Positions 18,787 through 29,676 of a stretch of 59,753 nt of DNA are shown here, in pieces. Within the stretch, counting starts at the first letter, position 1. Every line of letters starts with the position of its first letter. Both the position numbers and the translations under genes were made by a program. Origin of the DNA: Salinimicrobium sp. (GTDB lineage: Archaea > Thermoplasmatota > Poseidoniia > Poseidoniales > Poseidoniaceae); contig CAXRAI010000045.1 of assembly GCA_964228865.1 (NCBI GenBank), forward strand, positions 1 through 59,753. Reading direction: 5' to 3'. A model generated the notes under the pieces. The model made no database searches, was not told the DNA's origin, and saw only the letters and a program-made list of their open reading frames with translations.

Positions 18787-20607
18787 ATGTGTGGCATCAT
18801 TGGCTACCACGGTCAGCGGCAGGCGGCTCCGATCCTGGTCAACGGCCTCCGACGCTTGGAATACCGGGGGTACGACAGTGCAGGCCTCGCCATCCGAGGC
18901 GAGGCCTTTGACGTCCGAAAGCGAACAGGAAAGGTCGCCGAATTGGAAGCCTCACTTCCGGCAAAAATGCCGGGCACGATTGGAATCGCCCACACCCGAT
19001 GGGCCACGCACGGGGGCGTCACCGACGAGAACGCTCACCCTCACCTTGGACCGAAGCAAAGGGTGGTCATCGTCCACAACGGCATCATCGAAAACGCAAG
19101 TCGGATTCGAAGGCACCTCGAGCGGACAGGTGCATCGTTCCGGTCGGAAACCGATTCGGAAGTCATTGCGCACCGGCTCGAACGGGCCGTAGAGAAGGGT
19201 CAATCGCCCATCAGCGCGATGCGAACCGCCCTCAAGGGGCTCCGTGGCACGTGGGGCGTCTGTGCCTTGTTCCTCGACCACGACGAACTCGTCTGTGCCC
19301 GAAACGGCAGCCCGATGGTGATCGGCGAGACAGACCACGGCCTCATCGTGACCTCCGATCCACAACCCTTGGTGGAACACACCGACCGCATCATCATCCT
19401 CGAAGACGGCGACATCGCTGCATACGGCTCAAACGGTTTGACCATCGAACGTCTCGATGGCGGGCAAAGCGACACCTCAGCCATCACGCTTGAGGAGAGC
19501 TGGGGTGAAGCCGAGTTAGGTGACTATCCACACTACATGCTCAAGGAAATTTACGAGCAACCAGAGGCGCTCCGCCACTGCATTTCGGGCCGCCTTGACG
19601 CAAGGAACGGCAATGGCCGGCTCGGCGGCATGCAACTCACTGCGAAGCAACTCCGAACGGTCCCACACGTCAGGCTGCTTGGGTGTGGCACGGCCCTCAA
19701 CGCGGCGCTGATCGGCCAACAACTCATCGAACGCCTGGCCCGCATCCCCGCCGTTGCTCACGTTTCCAGCGAATTTCGCTATCAGGACCCTGTGGTCAAC
19801 CCCGAAGCCTTGCACTTCGCCGTGTCACAGTCTGGAGAGACCATGGACACCATCGCCGCCATCAAGGAAATCCAACTCAAAGGTGGGGACGTGCATGGGG
19901 TGGTCAACGTGGTCGGTTCCACCATCGCTCGGCTTTGTGGTCAAGGCGTTTACATCCACTCTGGACCTGAACAATCGGTGGCTTCCACCAAAGCCTTCTC
20001 CAACATGGTCGCTGCGTTGACCATTTTTGCCCTTCAAATTGGTCGGGCACGCCAACTCAGCGCCAACGAAGCGCGGGTGCTGGCCAAAGGCTTGCAAGAG
20101 GTCCCCGACCTGATCGAGCGCTATTTGGCCGACCCTGGTCCCATTGACGATGCGGTGGCCATGGTCGTAGAAGCCCCATCGTTGCTCTTCCTGGGCCGGG
20201 GCTTGTCGGCGAACGTTGCGAAAGAAGGTGCGTTGAAGGTGATGGAACTCACGTACATTCCCTGCTTGGCTTATCCTGCAGGTGAGATGAAGCATGGGCC
20301 CATCGCGCTTCTGGAAGAAGGCCGGCCCGTGATTGTCGTGGCGCCCGACGACGCGGTGAAAGAGAAGGTCGCCTCGGCCATCCATGAGTGCAAAGCCCGT
20401 GGCGCACGGATCATCCTCGTCTGCACCGAAGGCGACGAACTTGCAGAAGAAGCGGACGTGGCCATCGAGGTCCCGAAGACGCATCCGTTGTGTTCCCCGC
20501 TGTTGACCGTCTTGCCGTTGCAGTTGTTGGCTTACCGTACGGCGTTGGCCTTGGAACTCGACGTGGATCGACCACGAAACCTCGCCAAATCCGTGACCGT
20601 CGAGTGA
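18787..20607 (+). CDS. glmS: Glutamine--fructose-6-phosphate transaminase (isomerizing)
   Basis: MCGIIG N-terminus, LEYRGYDSAG, HTRWATHG, SQSGET and C-terminal PRNLAKSVTVE. Confidence 0.97.
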   Translation: MCGIIGYHGQRQAAPILVNGLRRLEYRGYDSAGLAIRGEAFDVRKRTGKVAELEASLPAKMPGTIGIAHTRWATHGGVTDENAHPHLGPKQRVVIVHNGIIENASRIRRHLERTGASFRSETDSEVIAHRLERAVEKGQSPISAMRTALKGLRGTWGVCALFLDHDELVCARNGSPMVIGETDHGLIVTSDPQPLVEHTDRIIILEDGDIAAYGSNGLTIERLDGGQSDTSAITLEESWGEAELGDYPHYMLKEIYEQPEALRHCISGRLDARNGNGRLGGMQLTAKQLRTVPHVRLLGCGTALNAALIGQQLIERLARIPAVAHVSSEFRYQDPVVNPEALHFAVSQSGETMDTIAAIKEIQLKGGDVHGVVNVVGSTIARLCGQGVYIHSGPEQSVASTKAFSNMVAALTIFALQIGRARQLSANEARVLAKGLQEVPDLIERYLADPGPIDDAVAMVVEAPSLLFLGRGLSANVAKEGALKVMELTYIPCLAYPAGEMKHGPIALLEEGRPVIVVAPDDAVKEKVASAIHECKARGARIILVCTEGDELAEEADVAIEVPKTHPLCSPLLTVLPLQLLAYRTALALELDVDRPRNLAKSVTVE

Positions 20608-20662
20608 ACGGCCGCTGAGTGAGGTTGATGAAGCCTCACGTTCACGCAGGTGCGGTGACCCC

Positions 20663-21388
20663 ATGAGCATCGAGCGCATCCCCACCCACATCGAAGGACT
20701 CGATGAGAACATGCAAGGTGGAATCCCCGAAGGCCACATCGCCATCGTGGCCGGTGCAAGCGGTGCGATGAAGTCCAGCCTGACCTTCTCGATGCTGTAC
20801 AACGCCGTGTTGTACGGAGAAACGTCCGGGATCTACGTGACCCTCGAACAAGGAAAGGACTCCCTGCGCTCCCACATGGCCAACATGGGCATGAACGTCG
20901 AAGACCCTCGCGTTCGAAACCGCATCGCGATCATCGACCTCGCCGACCTCCGCGTCCAACTTGATGAACAAGGCATGGGCAACCGCGTCGACTGGATGGG
21001 GCAATTGATCGCCCAACTCACCAGTTACCGCAACTCGATCGGCTTCGAGATTTTGGTCTTCGACTCCCTTGGTGCCTTTTTCACGCTCACCAAAATGGAG
21101 AACCCTCGCGACGAAATCTTCCGCCTCTTTGAAGCGGTTCGTCGCCTCGGTTTGACCTCCTTCTTCATCTGCGAAATGACCGGTGAGGATCACAAGCAGT
21201 TTGGAGAGTACGGTGTGGAAGACTACCTGTCGGACACCGTGATGCACCTTGTCATGGACCGTGATGCGGACGAGGTCAAGCGAAAACTCGGCATCGTCAA
21301 AATGCGACATACGCACCATTTGCTTGGATACCAGCCCTTCTGGTGGAAGGAAGACGAACAGCGCTTTTCCATCGTGAGCCGCCTTTGA
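20663..21388 (+). CDS. KaiC/RAD55-like RecA-superfamily ATPase
   Basis: RIPT.IEGLD...GGIP, variant Walker A GASGAMKS, YVTLE, VFDSL and R.L.IVKMR. Confidence 0.85.
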   Translation: MSIERIPTHIEGLDENMQGGIPEGHIAIVAGASGAMKSSLTFSMLYNAVLYGETSGIYVTLEQGKDSLRSHMANMGMNVEDPRVRNRIAIIDLADLRVQLDEQGMGNRVDWMGQLIAQLTSYRNSIGFEILVFDSLGAFFTLTKMENPRDEIFRLFEAVRRLGLTSFFICEMTGEDHKQFGEYGVEDYLSDTVMHLVMDRDADEVKRKLGIVKMRHTHHLLGYQPFWWKEDEQRFSIVSRL

Positions 21389-21397
21389 GGTGGTCCC

Positions 21398-21952
21398 TTG
21401 CACCTTGTTCTGGCCTCAGGCTCAGACCGTCGACGGCAGATGCTGGAAGCAATTGGACTGCGTCCAATCGTGGCCCCGGTCCACGTGAATGAGCATCGGA
21501 TTCAGGGAACGGTGGACGCGCAAGTCCTCCACATTGCGAAACAAAAGGCGGAGGCGGTCGGCGACGAACACCCAGGAAGCATGGTGCTCGTGGCCGACAC
21601 GATGCTGGCTGATCCTGACGACGCCCACCTTGCGCTTGGCCAACCCCCCGACGCGCAAGGCGCTCTCTCGATGTTGTTGCGCCTTCGAGGTCGCCGTCAT
21701 CGTGTCTGGAGCGCCTCAGGCCTCCGCATGGCCGGGACCTGGACCTTTGATTTGGCTTCGGCCGTGGTGGAGTTCGCACCCTTTGATGACGATGTGCTTG
21801 CGGAACTCGTCCACAGTGGCTCATGGAAAGGAAAGGCCGGGGCCTACGACCTCGCCGGAGCCATGGGGGCCCACGCCTCGTTGGTCGAAGGCGATGAAGC
21901 AACCGTTCTGGGCATACCCGGCCGGGTCCTCGAGGCCTTGAGCGGCCTATGA
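21398..21952 (+). CDS. maf: Maf-family nucleoside triphosphate pyrophosphatase
   Basis: LVLASGS.RR, KA, ADT, H.V.S and GKAGAY motifs. TTG start preceded by a GAGGTGG SD. Confidence 0.85.
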   Translation: MHLVLASGSDRRRQMLEAIGLRPIVAPVHVNEHRIQGTVDAQVLHIAKQKAEAVGDEHPGSMVLVADTMLADPDDAHLALGQPPDAQGALSMLLRLRGRRHRVWSASGLRMAGTWTFDLASAVVEFAPFDDDVLAELVHSGSWKGKAGAYDLAGAMGAHASLVEGDEATVLGIPGRVLEALSGL

Positions 21953-22438
21953 GGAAGGCATCGGCAGAAGTGCGGTGCCCCCGAGCTCATGCCGTGCAGT
22001 GTCCATCACCACATCCACACCTGGGATGAGGAAGAGACGATCATCGAGATCGAGCGCCCATGCGCCGACGCCGGTGGCCTCACCAAGCCGTCGGAGTTCA
22101 GCACGAAGGGAATCCTGATGGGCATGCATGTGAGCGATGCCGCGCAGATCAACAAACAGGGAATCCCCTTCTTGAACGCGAAGCAGCATACCGTTGACCG
22201 GCAAGCGCGATGAAGCATCGGGGGCCAAGTACCGGACCGCCCTGTGCGCCGTATGCGGTGCGCGCGGTCGCCACAAACCAAGGTCGATGAAGTGCGGTGA
22301 AGACGACGTTTCGAGCACTGGGGATGGCTCAGGAACCACCCTTGGTTCTGGCTGCGGATGGACAACTGGCGCAAGCACTTCGCTGCGCTGACCCTCTGCA
22401 GGGTCAGGCAAGCCAAAGAATTGCCAGAAACCACCCAT
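21947..22438 (-). CDS. Putative divergent cell division protein SepF-like
   Basis: N-terminal amphipathic MGGFWQFFG, a Pro-rich linker, FIDL, then a core (V..GD.L.VDL...L..EL..L....G....L.....L.P..V) resembling archaeal SepF. Confidence 0.5.
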   Translation of the reverse strand: MGGFWQFFGLPDPAEGQRSEVLAPVVHPQPEPRVVPEPSPVLETSSSPHFIDLGLWRPRAPHTAHRAVRYLAPDASSRLPVNGMLLRVQEGDSLFVDLRGIAHMHAHQDSLRAELRRLGEATGVGAWALDLDDRLFLIPGVDVVMDTARHELGGTALLPMPSS

Positions 22439-22448
22439 CCGCGTTCCC

Positions 22449-25400
22449 TCAGAGGTCCAGGCCGTCCAAGAGGCTGGACAGGTTGGATGGAGCGCCGGGT
22501 TGAGGCGCAGGCTGGGCCGGCGCCTGCACGGCCGGCGCGTTGGCCTCAAGCCACTTCTCGCCGTAGAAGGCCCACTGCTCCATGGTCCAACCCGGCGGCA
22601 AGCCAGAGGCGGGCAACGGTGGACCTGTTTGGACGGGTGCGGGAGCCGGAGCTGCGGCCACAGGTTGTGCGCTCATGTCCGGCATCGGCGTCATGGGCGC
22701 AGGCGTGGGTGCGGGCAGCGGTGCTGCATCGAAACTGGCGGCGACGGGAGCCTGGTCCCACATGGACGATGACTTGGTTTCGACCAGATCCTCCACACCG
22801 CCACGACGTCCCAAGACGAGCATGCTGCCCAACCCGAGGATAACCACGCCGAGCACGCCGATGATGATGGTCGTCGTCATACCGAATTCTTTCACGGCCC
22901 AAGCGATTGGGTTGTTGGTCGGTGCCTCGACCACCACGAATTGTACGTTCATCGTGTGTGTGGCTCCGTCGTCATCGGTGACCGTCAGGTTGACCGAATA
23001 GGTGCCCGGCTCAAGCGCCTCAAGTTGCAGGATGGGCAGGGTGCTGTCGATGGCGCCTGGCAGTGCATCGGTGTCCCACACATAGGTCAGGGTGATCAAG
23101 TCGGATGCCGTGTCCAACGAATCAGCGGCCGTCAGGTTGAGCCAGTCGCCTTCCATGAGGTTGGACAGGTTGCTGGTCGACGAGATGACCGCGGTTGGTC
23201 GGAGGTTGACGATGGTCAACGTGGTGTTGATGCTGGCCATGGCGCCGTCGTCATCGACGACGAAGGCGGTGATGAGGCGCGTACCTGCTTCAGACCAGAT
23301 TTGTTCGAGGGTCACGCCTTCGACGTCGCAGTCGTTCGTCTCGCCTCCATCGTTGTCGGTGTCGATACGAGCATCAAGGTCCCAACAGGTGGTCAGGTTC
23401 AGCACGTCCGAGGCCGTGTCGTCAACGTCGACGCTGATCTTGAGAAGTTCGTCCTCGTAGATGGCCACGGTAGGGTCGAGGCCTCCGATGGTCGGTGGAA
23501 CATTGCGGACCAGGACGTCCGCTTCCAACGTCCCTGAAGCAACGCCGTCGTCATCGATGGCCTGCACGGAAACGCGGTGGGTGCCGGAGACCGGCCATGA
23601 GGCTTCAATGGAGGAGACAGGTCCAACCGTGCCTTCTTCGAGTCCATCCACGAGGTCCGACAAGTCCCAAAGAACGGCCAGAGATGAAAGGTCGTTGGGC
23701 GTATCATCGGCTTGCACCAGAAGTCCAATGGGTTCGTCTTCATCGACAATCCAGCCTTCGATGACAGGGACTTCAGTGCCGTTGCGGAACAGCGCGATGG
23801 TGTCGAGCGACGGTGCGATGTTCGTGGCTTCCACGGTCGCGTTCACCACGGTGCTTGCACCGTCGTCGTCCGTTGCGGTGAGGGTCACCACGGTCAGGCC
23901 TTCATCGGATGGGGAGAAGGTGCAGCGGTCCGAAGCGCTTCCTTCTTCGCACACGACGCCGGACCACGAGAACAACACGTCGAGCCCGGCCGGCGAAACC
24001 GTGTCGTTGTCGTAGGCTTCCACGACACGAACGGTGGCCGAGGACCGTGCAGCCACCTGGGCTGGGGCTTCAATGACCACTTCTGGTGCGCGGTTGAGCA
24101 CGACCACTTCACCCGTGGCGACGCTGACGTCGCCCTCTTCGTCGATGACGTCGACCGTGACGCTCCACGCGCCGCCGTCGTTCCACGTCCATGCGAGGGT
24201 GCAGTCGTCTTCCTCGAGCCCTGTCTGGGTTCCAAGCGAGTTGACCACGGTAAAGACGCAGCGCACGTCACCGCCGTCCTCGTCAAAGCTTCCAGAGGCG
24301 TCAATCAGCACCTCTTCGCCGGTGGACCGCCCCTCCTCCCAGGTCAGGTTCGCTGTGGGCAGGGTGCCCACGAAGAAGGGAATGGACAGGAAATCGTTCG
24401 ACGCGTTCCCGTCGGTGGCGCCGATCGCTGAGGCATCGGTGAGGACTTCGACCGCTGTGGGCTGACCAATGTCGGCCGAGGCAACTTGGAAACTCAACGT
24501 CAGGCTGGTTTGCCCGTAGGCGCCGACAGGACCTGACTGCAACTTCATGGAAGGATTGGTCCCGTTCCACCATGCGGTGGCGATGGCGTTGCTCCCACCC
24601 ACGTCAAGGATGCCACGGTTGGCGATGAGGACCGTCATTTCGATGTCGTCGCCGTCGATGCCGGCCAAGGGGTCGCCCGGGCCAAGCCGAGTGGTGACGC
24701 CGTCACGCGTGCGGTCGACCACGATGCCGTTCTCCAACGGCAGGAGGTCAACACCAACGATGCTCAAATCAACGACCACCGTGTACACCCCGACCACGCC
24801 ATTTTGCGCGTCGAAAGCCACGATCCCGTCGCTGGAATGGTCGTCGTTGGACGGCGAACCGTCGGTGACCGTCGGCACGGTGTAGGTGCAGCATGCGATG
24901 CCGCTCCAACGGCTCTCTTGGGTGGTCGAAGGGCTCGACGAGGTGTCAAAATTCACCGAACCGGTCGCTCCTGCGATGCTGTACTCCATGTACGCCGAAT
25001 CGTACCGGTTGACTTGGTCGGAGAAACACGCGGAGTAGGCCGCAGGCGTGATGACGTATTCCACGTCCACGTTGACCGTGCTCGACGGCAGGTATGCGGG
25101 GTATTGTGCTGACATTTCCAAGGTCGTGCAACGCGCACCGGGATCGCCTGAGTTGACCACATTGTACGAGTCCTCTGGAATGTATTCCTTCAACGTCCAA
25201 TCGATTTGGAACCCTGCTGATTGTTGGATGCGGATCCATGACGGCCCTCGTACAGCAGGGCAGTACCATTCGAATCCGGTGGCGGAACCCGTGGTGTTCC
25301 ATTGGTTGATTTTGTAGGAATCGTCGCAACCGGTGTACGCCACAGAGTAGCCGTCTTGTGCGGTTGGAACACCGGAGTCGGTCACTTCCCACGTGGTGTT

Positions 25401-26090
25401 CTCTTGGGTGCTCGTGTCGAATTCGCTCGGGTCGAAGTAATCCGAAGAACCGCTCACCGTGGTGGTGGCCGTGTAAGCGTGCGACCAGTTGTCACCGGAG
25501 CGGACAGGGTGGTCACGGTTTTCCTTCGCCGGTGAGTATTCGGTGTCGAAGGTCAAGTCCGCGATGGTGAACCGGAGGAATCCAAGGTTGAACGGCGCGA
25601 ATTCGACTTTGAGATCAAAACTCGAATCGATGGTTGCCATGTCCGAGGCCCTCAGAACGTCGATGCCCTGGTACTCGATGTCGAGTTTCCCAGAAACGCC
25701 GTTAAAGCTCGCTCCGCTGTTTCCAGACGTGAAATCGCCATCGATGCTCATCGTGTAGGCCACGACGTTCGTGGCCGAAGCGTCGTTCATCGGTTCAAGT
25801 CCAATGCTTTCGATGACCATCGTCGTGTCACCCGAAAGCGTGCTGACGCTTGCTGAGACGCCGGAATTGGCGATGAGGGTGGCCACGTCAAACCCCGTGG
25901 CGTAGACCCATTCGTCACCGACGCGCCACGTGGGTACTTCGTCCACCACGGCCGTTCCAGAGGACTGAGCAGGCGAAATCGCCTCGTTCAGGGCAGGTTT
26001 GGACGCGGACGGCTGGACCATCGGAGACAACAACGCCGACAGGAAAATGCCGAGCAGCAGCAGGCAGACGGCCGAGCGCGAGGCGTTCAT
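22449..26090 (-). CDS. Large PKD-domain cell-surface protein with C-terminal TM anchor
   Basis: Signal peptide and several PKD-like repeats (DASGSFD.DG, W...G...V.V...DDDG). C-terminal TM, Pro/Ala linker and GPPLP..GLPPGWTMEQW motif. Confidence 0.85.
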   Translation of the reverse strand: MNASRSAVCLLLLGIFLSALLSPMVQPSASKPALNEAISPAQSSGTAVVDEVPTWRVGDEWVYATGFDVATLIANSGVSASVSTLSGDTTMVIESIGLEPMNDASATNVVAYTMSIDGDFTSGNSGASFNGVSGKLDIEYQGIDVLRASDMATIDSSFDLKVEFAPFNLGFLRFTIADLTFDTEYSPAKENRDHPVRSGDNWSHAYTATTTVSGSSDYFDPSEFDTSTQENTTWEVTDSGVPTAQDGYSVAYTGCDDSYKINQWNTTGSATGFEWYCPAVRGPSWIRIQQSAGFQIDWTLKEYIPEDSYNVVNSGDPGARCTTLEMSAQYPAYLPSSTVNVDVEYVITPAAYSACFSDQVNRYDSAYMEYSIAGATGSVNFDTSSSPSTTQESRWSGIACCTYTVPTVTDGSPSNDDHSSDGIVAFDAQNGVVGVYTVVVDLSIVGVDLLPLENGIVVDRTRDGVTTRLGPGDPLAGIDGDDIEMTVLIANRGILDVGGSNAIATAWWNGTNPSMKLQSGPVGAYGQTSLTLSFQVASADIGQPTAVEVLTDASAIGATDGNASNDFLSIPFFVGTLPTANLTWEEGRSTGEEVLIDASGSFDEDGGDVRCVFTVVNSLGTQTGLEEDDCTLAWTWNDGGAWSVTVDVIDEEGDVSVATGEVVVLNRAPEVVIEAPAQVAARSSATVRVVEAYDNDTVSPAGLDVLFSWSGVVCEEGSASDRCTFSPSDEGLTVVTLTATDDDGASTVVNATVEATNIAPSLDTIALFRNGTEVPVIEGWIVDEDEPIGLLVQADDTPNDLSSLAVLWDLSDLVDGLEEGTVGPVSSIEASWPVSGTHRVSVQAIDDDGVASGTLEADVLVRNVPPTIGGLDPTVAIYEDELLKISVDVDDTASDVLNLTTCWDLDARIDTDNDGGETNDCDVEGVTLEQIWSEAGTRLITAFVVDDDGAMASINTTLTIVNLRPTAVISSTSNLSNLMEGDWLNLTAADSLDTASDLITLTYVWDTDALPGAIDSTLPILQLEALEPGTYSVNLTVTDDDGATHTMNVQFVVVEAPTNNPIAWAVKEFGMTTTIIIGVLGVVILGLGSMLVLGRRGGVEDLVETKSSSMWDQAPVAASFDAAPLPAPTPAPMTPMPDMSAQPVAAAPAPAPVQTGPPLPASGLPPGWTMEQWAFYGEKWLEANAPAVQAPAQPAPQPGAPSNLSSLLDGLDL

Positions 26091-26114
26091 GCACCGCGAG
26101 GTGCGCTTCTGCCC

Positions 26115-26456
26115 TTAATTCAACGCCTCGATGAGTTCACGCATGATGATCACCGTGTCCATGGCGGCGAGCGCTCCAAGTCCTGCAGTCAGCACCTTGT
26201 AGGCCCCTTCATCATCGATGTGCCGCAGCCCAAATGACCGAAGCAGGTTCCGTGTGAAGTGACGCTCCTCTTCCGAGGGCATCCCGAGAAAGCGCTTCTC
26301 CCATTCGGTCAGGATGCAGCCACCGGACACGTGCCAATGGTACCTGACGCCAAGCAAGAACGCGAGGTGGACGACGGGCCCCGGCATCGGGACCATCCAA
26401 CCGGCCGCCCCGTACACAAAGACAACCACGTGCAAGACATAGACCAAGGTGGCCAT
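26115..26456 (-). CDS. DUF2784-like small membrane protein
   Basis: LH...V, hydrophobic segments and a GCILTEWE motif. Start at ATG 26456. Confidence 0.6.
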   Translation of the reverse strand: MATLVYVLHVVVFVYGAAGWMVPMPGPVVHLAFLLGVRYHWHVSGGCILTEWEKRFLGMPSEEERHFTRNLLRSFGLRHIDDEGAYKVLTAGLGALAAMDTVIIMRELIEALN

Positions 26457-26478
26457 TGCATGACGCACGGCGTCACGC

Positions 26479-27093
26479 TCAGAGCAGGTCGGCAAGCTCG
26501 TCCTTGATGATCTCGACGGCCTCGAGGATCTCGTCCTTGTGGCGCGCACCGGTGATGACCATCTTGCCGCTGCCGAAAATCAGGCAGACGACCTTGGGGT
26601 AGTCAAGACGGTAAATCAAACCGGGGAACTGCTCGGGCTCGTACTCGACCTTGTCGAAGGGCAGGTGGAAGGTGAGGTGGTTCAGGTTCAACTTGCGTGG
26701 TGCGTCGGCGAGGGGCTCGCCGGTGAACTTGTCCTTGCCGTCGTAGTCCACAGGGTAGTGGAGGGCGTAGGTCGCCACCATGTTCTGGACCTCGATCTCG
26801 ACGTCCTCAACTTCCCAGGTGGTGATCCCCGCGGCGCGGAGGTCGGCGATCATGCGCTCGATACCGGTCTGGATGTTCTGCTCGTCCTTTCCACCGGTGC
26901 ACACGGCACGGCCGGAACGGAACATGAGGATGGCGAGCTTGGGGTCAACGACGCGGTACACGACGCCGGGAAACTGCTCGGGCTCGTACTCACAGTTGAG
27001 TTGGATGGCGATGTCGGGGAGATCGAGTTCCTCAGCCACGCGGGTGCTGGCAACAACGTTCACCACAGTCAGGCGTTCTTCATCGGTGGTCAT
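26479..27093 (-). CDS. tbp: TATA-box-binding protein
   Basis: Two repeats with NVVAS/NMVAT, YEPEQFPG..YR and F.SG..V.TG. Start at ATG 27093. Confidence 0.97.
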   Translation of the reverse strand: MTTDEERLTVVNVVASTRVAEELDLPDIAIQLNCEYEPEQFPGVVYRVVDPKLAILMFRSGRAVCTGGKDEQNIQTGIERMIADLRAAGITTWEVEDVEIEVQNMVATYALHYPVDYDGKDKFTGEPLADAPRKLNLNHLTFHLPFDKVEYEPEQFPGLIYRLDYPKVVCLIFGSGKMVITGARHKDEILEAVEIIKDELADLL

Positions 27094-27115
27094 GGATGTG
27101 AGGAATGACCACCCG

Positions 27116-27123
27116 TATTTAAA
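27116..27123 (-). promoter_or_regulatory. TATA box of tbp
   Basis: TTTAAATA on the minus strand at -30 to -23 from the tbp ATG, consistent with a leaderless transcript. Confidence 0.7.
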
Positions 27124-27182
27124 GAACGGGCCGACGTAGAGACGCACACGGAATCAAAAAAACAAGACTTGGAGCGGGTACC

Positions 27183-27854
<672 letters not shown>

Positions 27855-29663
27855 TCAGCCGATGCCGAAGACCGACGAGGCGCGTTCAAGCAACACGGCC
27901 GTGATGAAGGAAGCAATGCCCGCCACCCACAACAACTGGATGGCTTGGCCCAGGGCACTGGTCAGGCCACCACCCCGCAAGCGCGTGGCGATGAGGGATA
28001 CGGCAGTCACTTGCCCAAGGATCAGGATGGACACGATGATCTTGAACATGCGAATGTTCGTTTCAACCGAAGACGAATCTTCCATGATCGGTAACGCGAT
28101 TCCAGCACCGAAATCGGCGAGCGCAGAAACGTCGGCGTTGTCGGTGATGCCCGAAGCCACGCCAGCGACCGCTTCACCCAACTGAAGCACGATGGCGATG
28201 GTGACGTTGAGCGACGTCACGCTGGCGATCAGCAAACCGATGGCTACGCCCCACATGGTGTTGGCCGAAAGGGAGCGGCGGTTGCGCAACGACAGCAGGT
28301 TACCGACCGACCGAGACACCATTTCCGCGGTTTGAGCCGGTTGGCCGGAGGATTGCGACCCTTCGATGTAGATGCGCGTGTACCTGGAAATGACGGCAGA
28401 GTTGGTGTCGGCGTTGAAGTAATCCCAAGCGCGGTCGGAATTGATGCGCGTGGAAAGCCGCTTCTCGAGGCGATCGATGGAGGAATCCAGCAGACCAAAA
28501 TCGATGCCTCGAAGGGCTTTGATGGTCGCCGACGGTTCCGATGAACGGGCTTGAGCCGTGCCGCCCAGCGCGCGGATGAAATCAGGATAGGTCTCGTCCC
28601 TGCGCAACACTTGGCGCTCTTCGCGCATGATGAGCGAGGAAGGGATCAGCATCGGCGTCAGGGGAATGGCGAGCAAAAGCAAACCGTACTTGTCCCAACC
28701 CTCACCGATGGCGCTCCAGTAGATGACGACCACGATGCTCGTCAAGAACAGCAAACCGAGGGTCACCGCCCCCGATGCAAGCAGCGCTCGGCGCGCGTTG
28801 ATGCGGAAGGGCGTCTCCAGCTCGTCGCGTGCGAAGGTGGCGTCGTCGGGAATCGTGGCCCTGAAGGCGAACACGGCACCGATGTTGACCAAGATGAACA
28901 ACAGAGACGCCAAGATCAGGAAGCGAAGCCGGCTGGCCACTTCAATCGGCGTATCGCTGGCGGAGCCGACCTCGAAGAGCACGAGGTGGATGCCGGCAAT
29001 GACCAGGCCGAACAAACCCGCCGTGACCATGGAGACGTAGATTTCCTGCATGGTGTCCACGCTCTCGAGGCGCGTGTCGTAGAGGGTGGTGTACTGCTCA
29101 GCCACCGTCTCCTGCTCGGAGCGCATGAACTCGTCAATGGGTTGGCCTGCCTCGATGGAGAAGGCCATCCGGTCAAGGAAGTCCGTCCACAGCGGAGAAG
29201 GCGATTGTTGCGCCACGATGCGGGCCGCCTCTGGCAGGGCGGTGTGCCACTTGTCCACCAACGTCTCGATACGCTTGACTTCGCTGGCCAGTTCACCGTA
29301 GTCGCGCATCTGTTTCAGGATGTCAAACATCGATTGCGCGCCAACTTCACCCAGCGAGAGGATGCCCATGCGCGTGATGAACATGTGCATCTCTTTCTCA
29401 ATGCGGTTCGCAGCACGCTGGACCTCGAGCAGCGGATACACGGCCGCGGAAACCGCGAGAATGAGAGGCAGCGTGATCAGCAAGGTGATGCCGGCCAATC
29501 CTGAGAAGAGCGCGCCGTCGGTGAAGCCCCCCGTCGAGAAAATAAGCACAATGGCGCTGATCAGTCCGGTGAGGGCGGCACCGCCGACGAAGAAGACCAG
29601 GTAGCGGGGAAACGGCATTTCGAGCCGGCGGAGGGCGATGTGCCAAATCGGCATGCGCTCCAT
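27855..29663 (-). CDS. arlJ: Archaellum assembly membrane platform protein ArlJ (FlaJ)
   Basis: Polytopic, T2SS-F-like domains (FL.R.AFSI..G, D..YPDFIR.LG). Last gene of the archaellum operon, after arlI. Confidence 0.9.
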   Translation of the reverse strand: MERMPIWHIALRRLEMPFPRYLVFFVGGAALTGLISAIVLIFSTGGFTDGALFSGLAGITLLITLPLILAVSAAVYPLLEVQRAANRIEKEMHMFITRMGILSLGEVGAQSMFDILKQMRDYGELASEVKRIETLVDKWHTALPEAARIVAQQSPSPLWTDFLDRMAFSIEAGQPIDEFMRSEQETVAEQYTTLYDTRLESVDTMQEIYVSMVTAGLFGLVIAGIHLVLFEVGSASDTPIEVASRLRFLILASLLFILVNIGAVFAFRATIPDDATFARDELETPFRINARRALLASGAVTLGLLFLTSIVVVIYWSAIGEGWDKYGLLLLAIPLTPMLIPSSLIMREERQVLRRDETYPDFIRALGGTAQARSSEPSATIKALRGIDFGLLDSSIDRLEKRLSTRINSDRAWDYFNADTNSAVISRYTRIYIEGSQSSGQPAQTAEMVSRSVGNLLSLRNRRSLSANTMWGVAIGLLIASVTSLNVTIAIVLQLGEAVAGVASGITDNADVSALADFGAGIALPIMEDSSSVETNIRMFKIIVSILILGQVTAVSLIATRLRGGGLTSALGQAIQLLWVAGIASFITAVLLERASSVFGIG

Positions 29664-29676
29664 CGTGATGCCCCCT

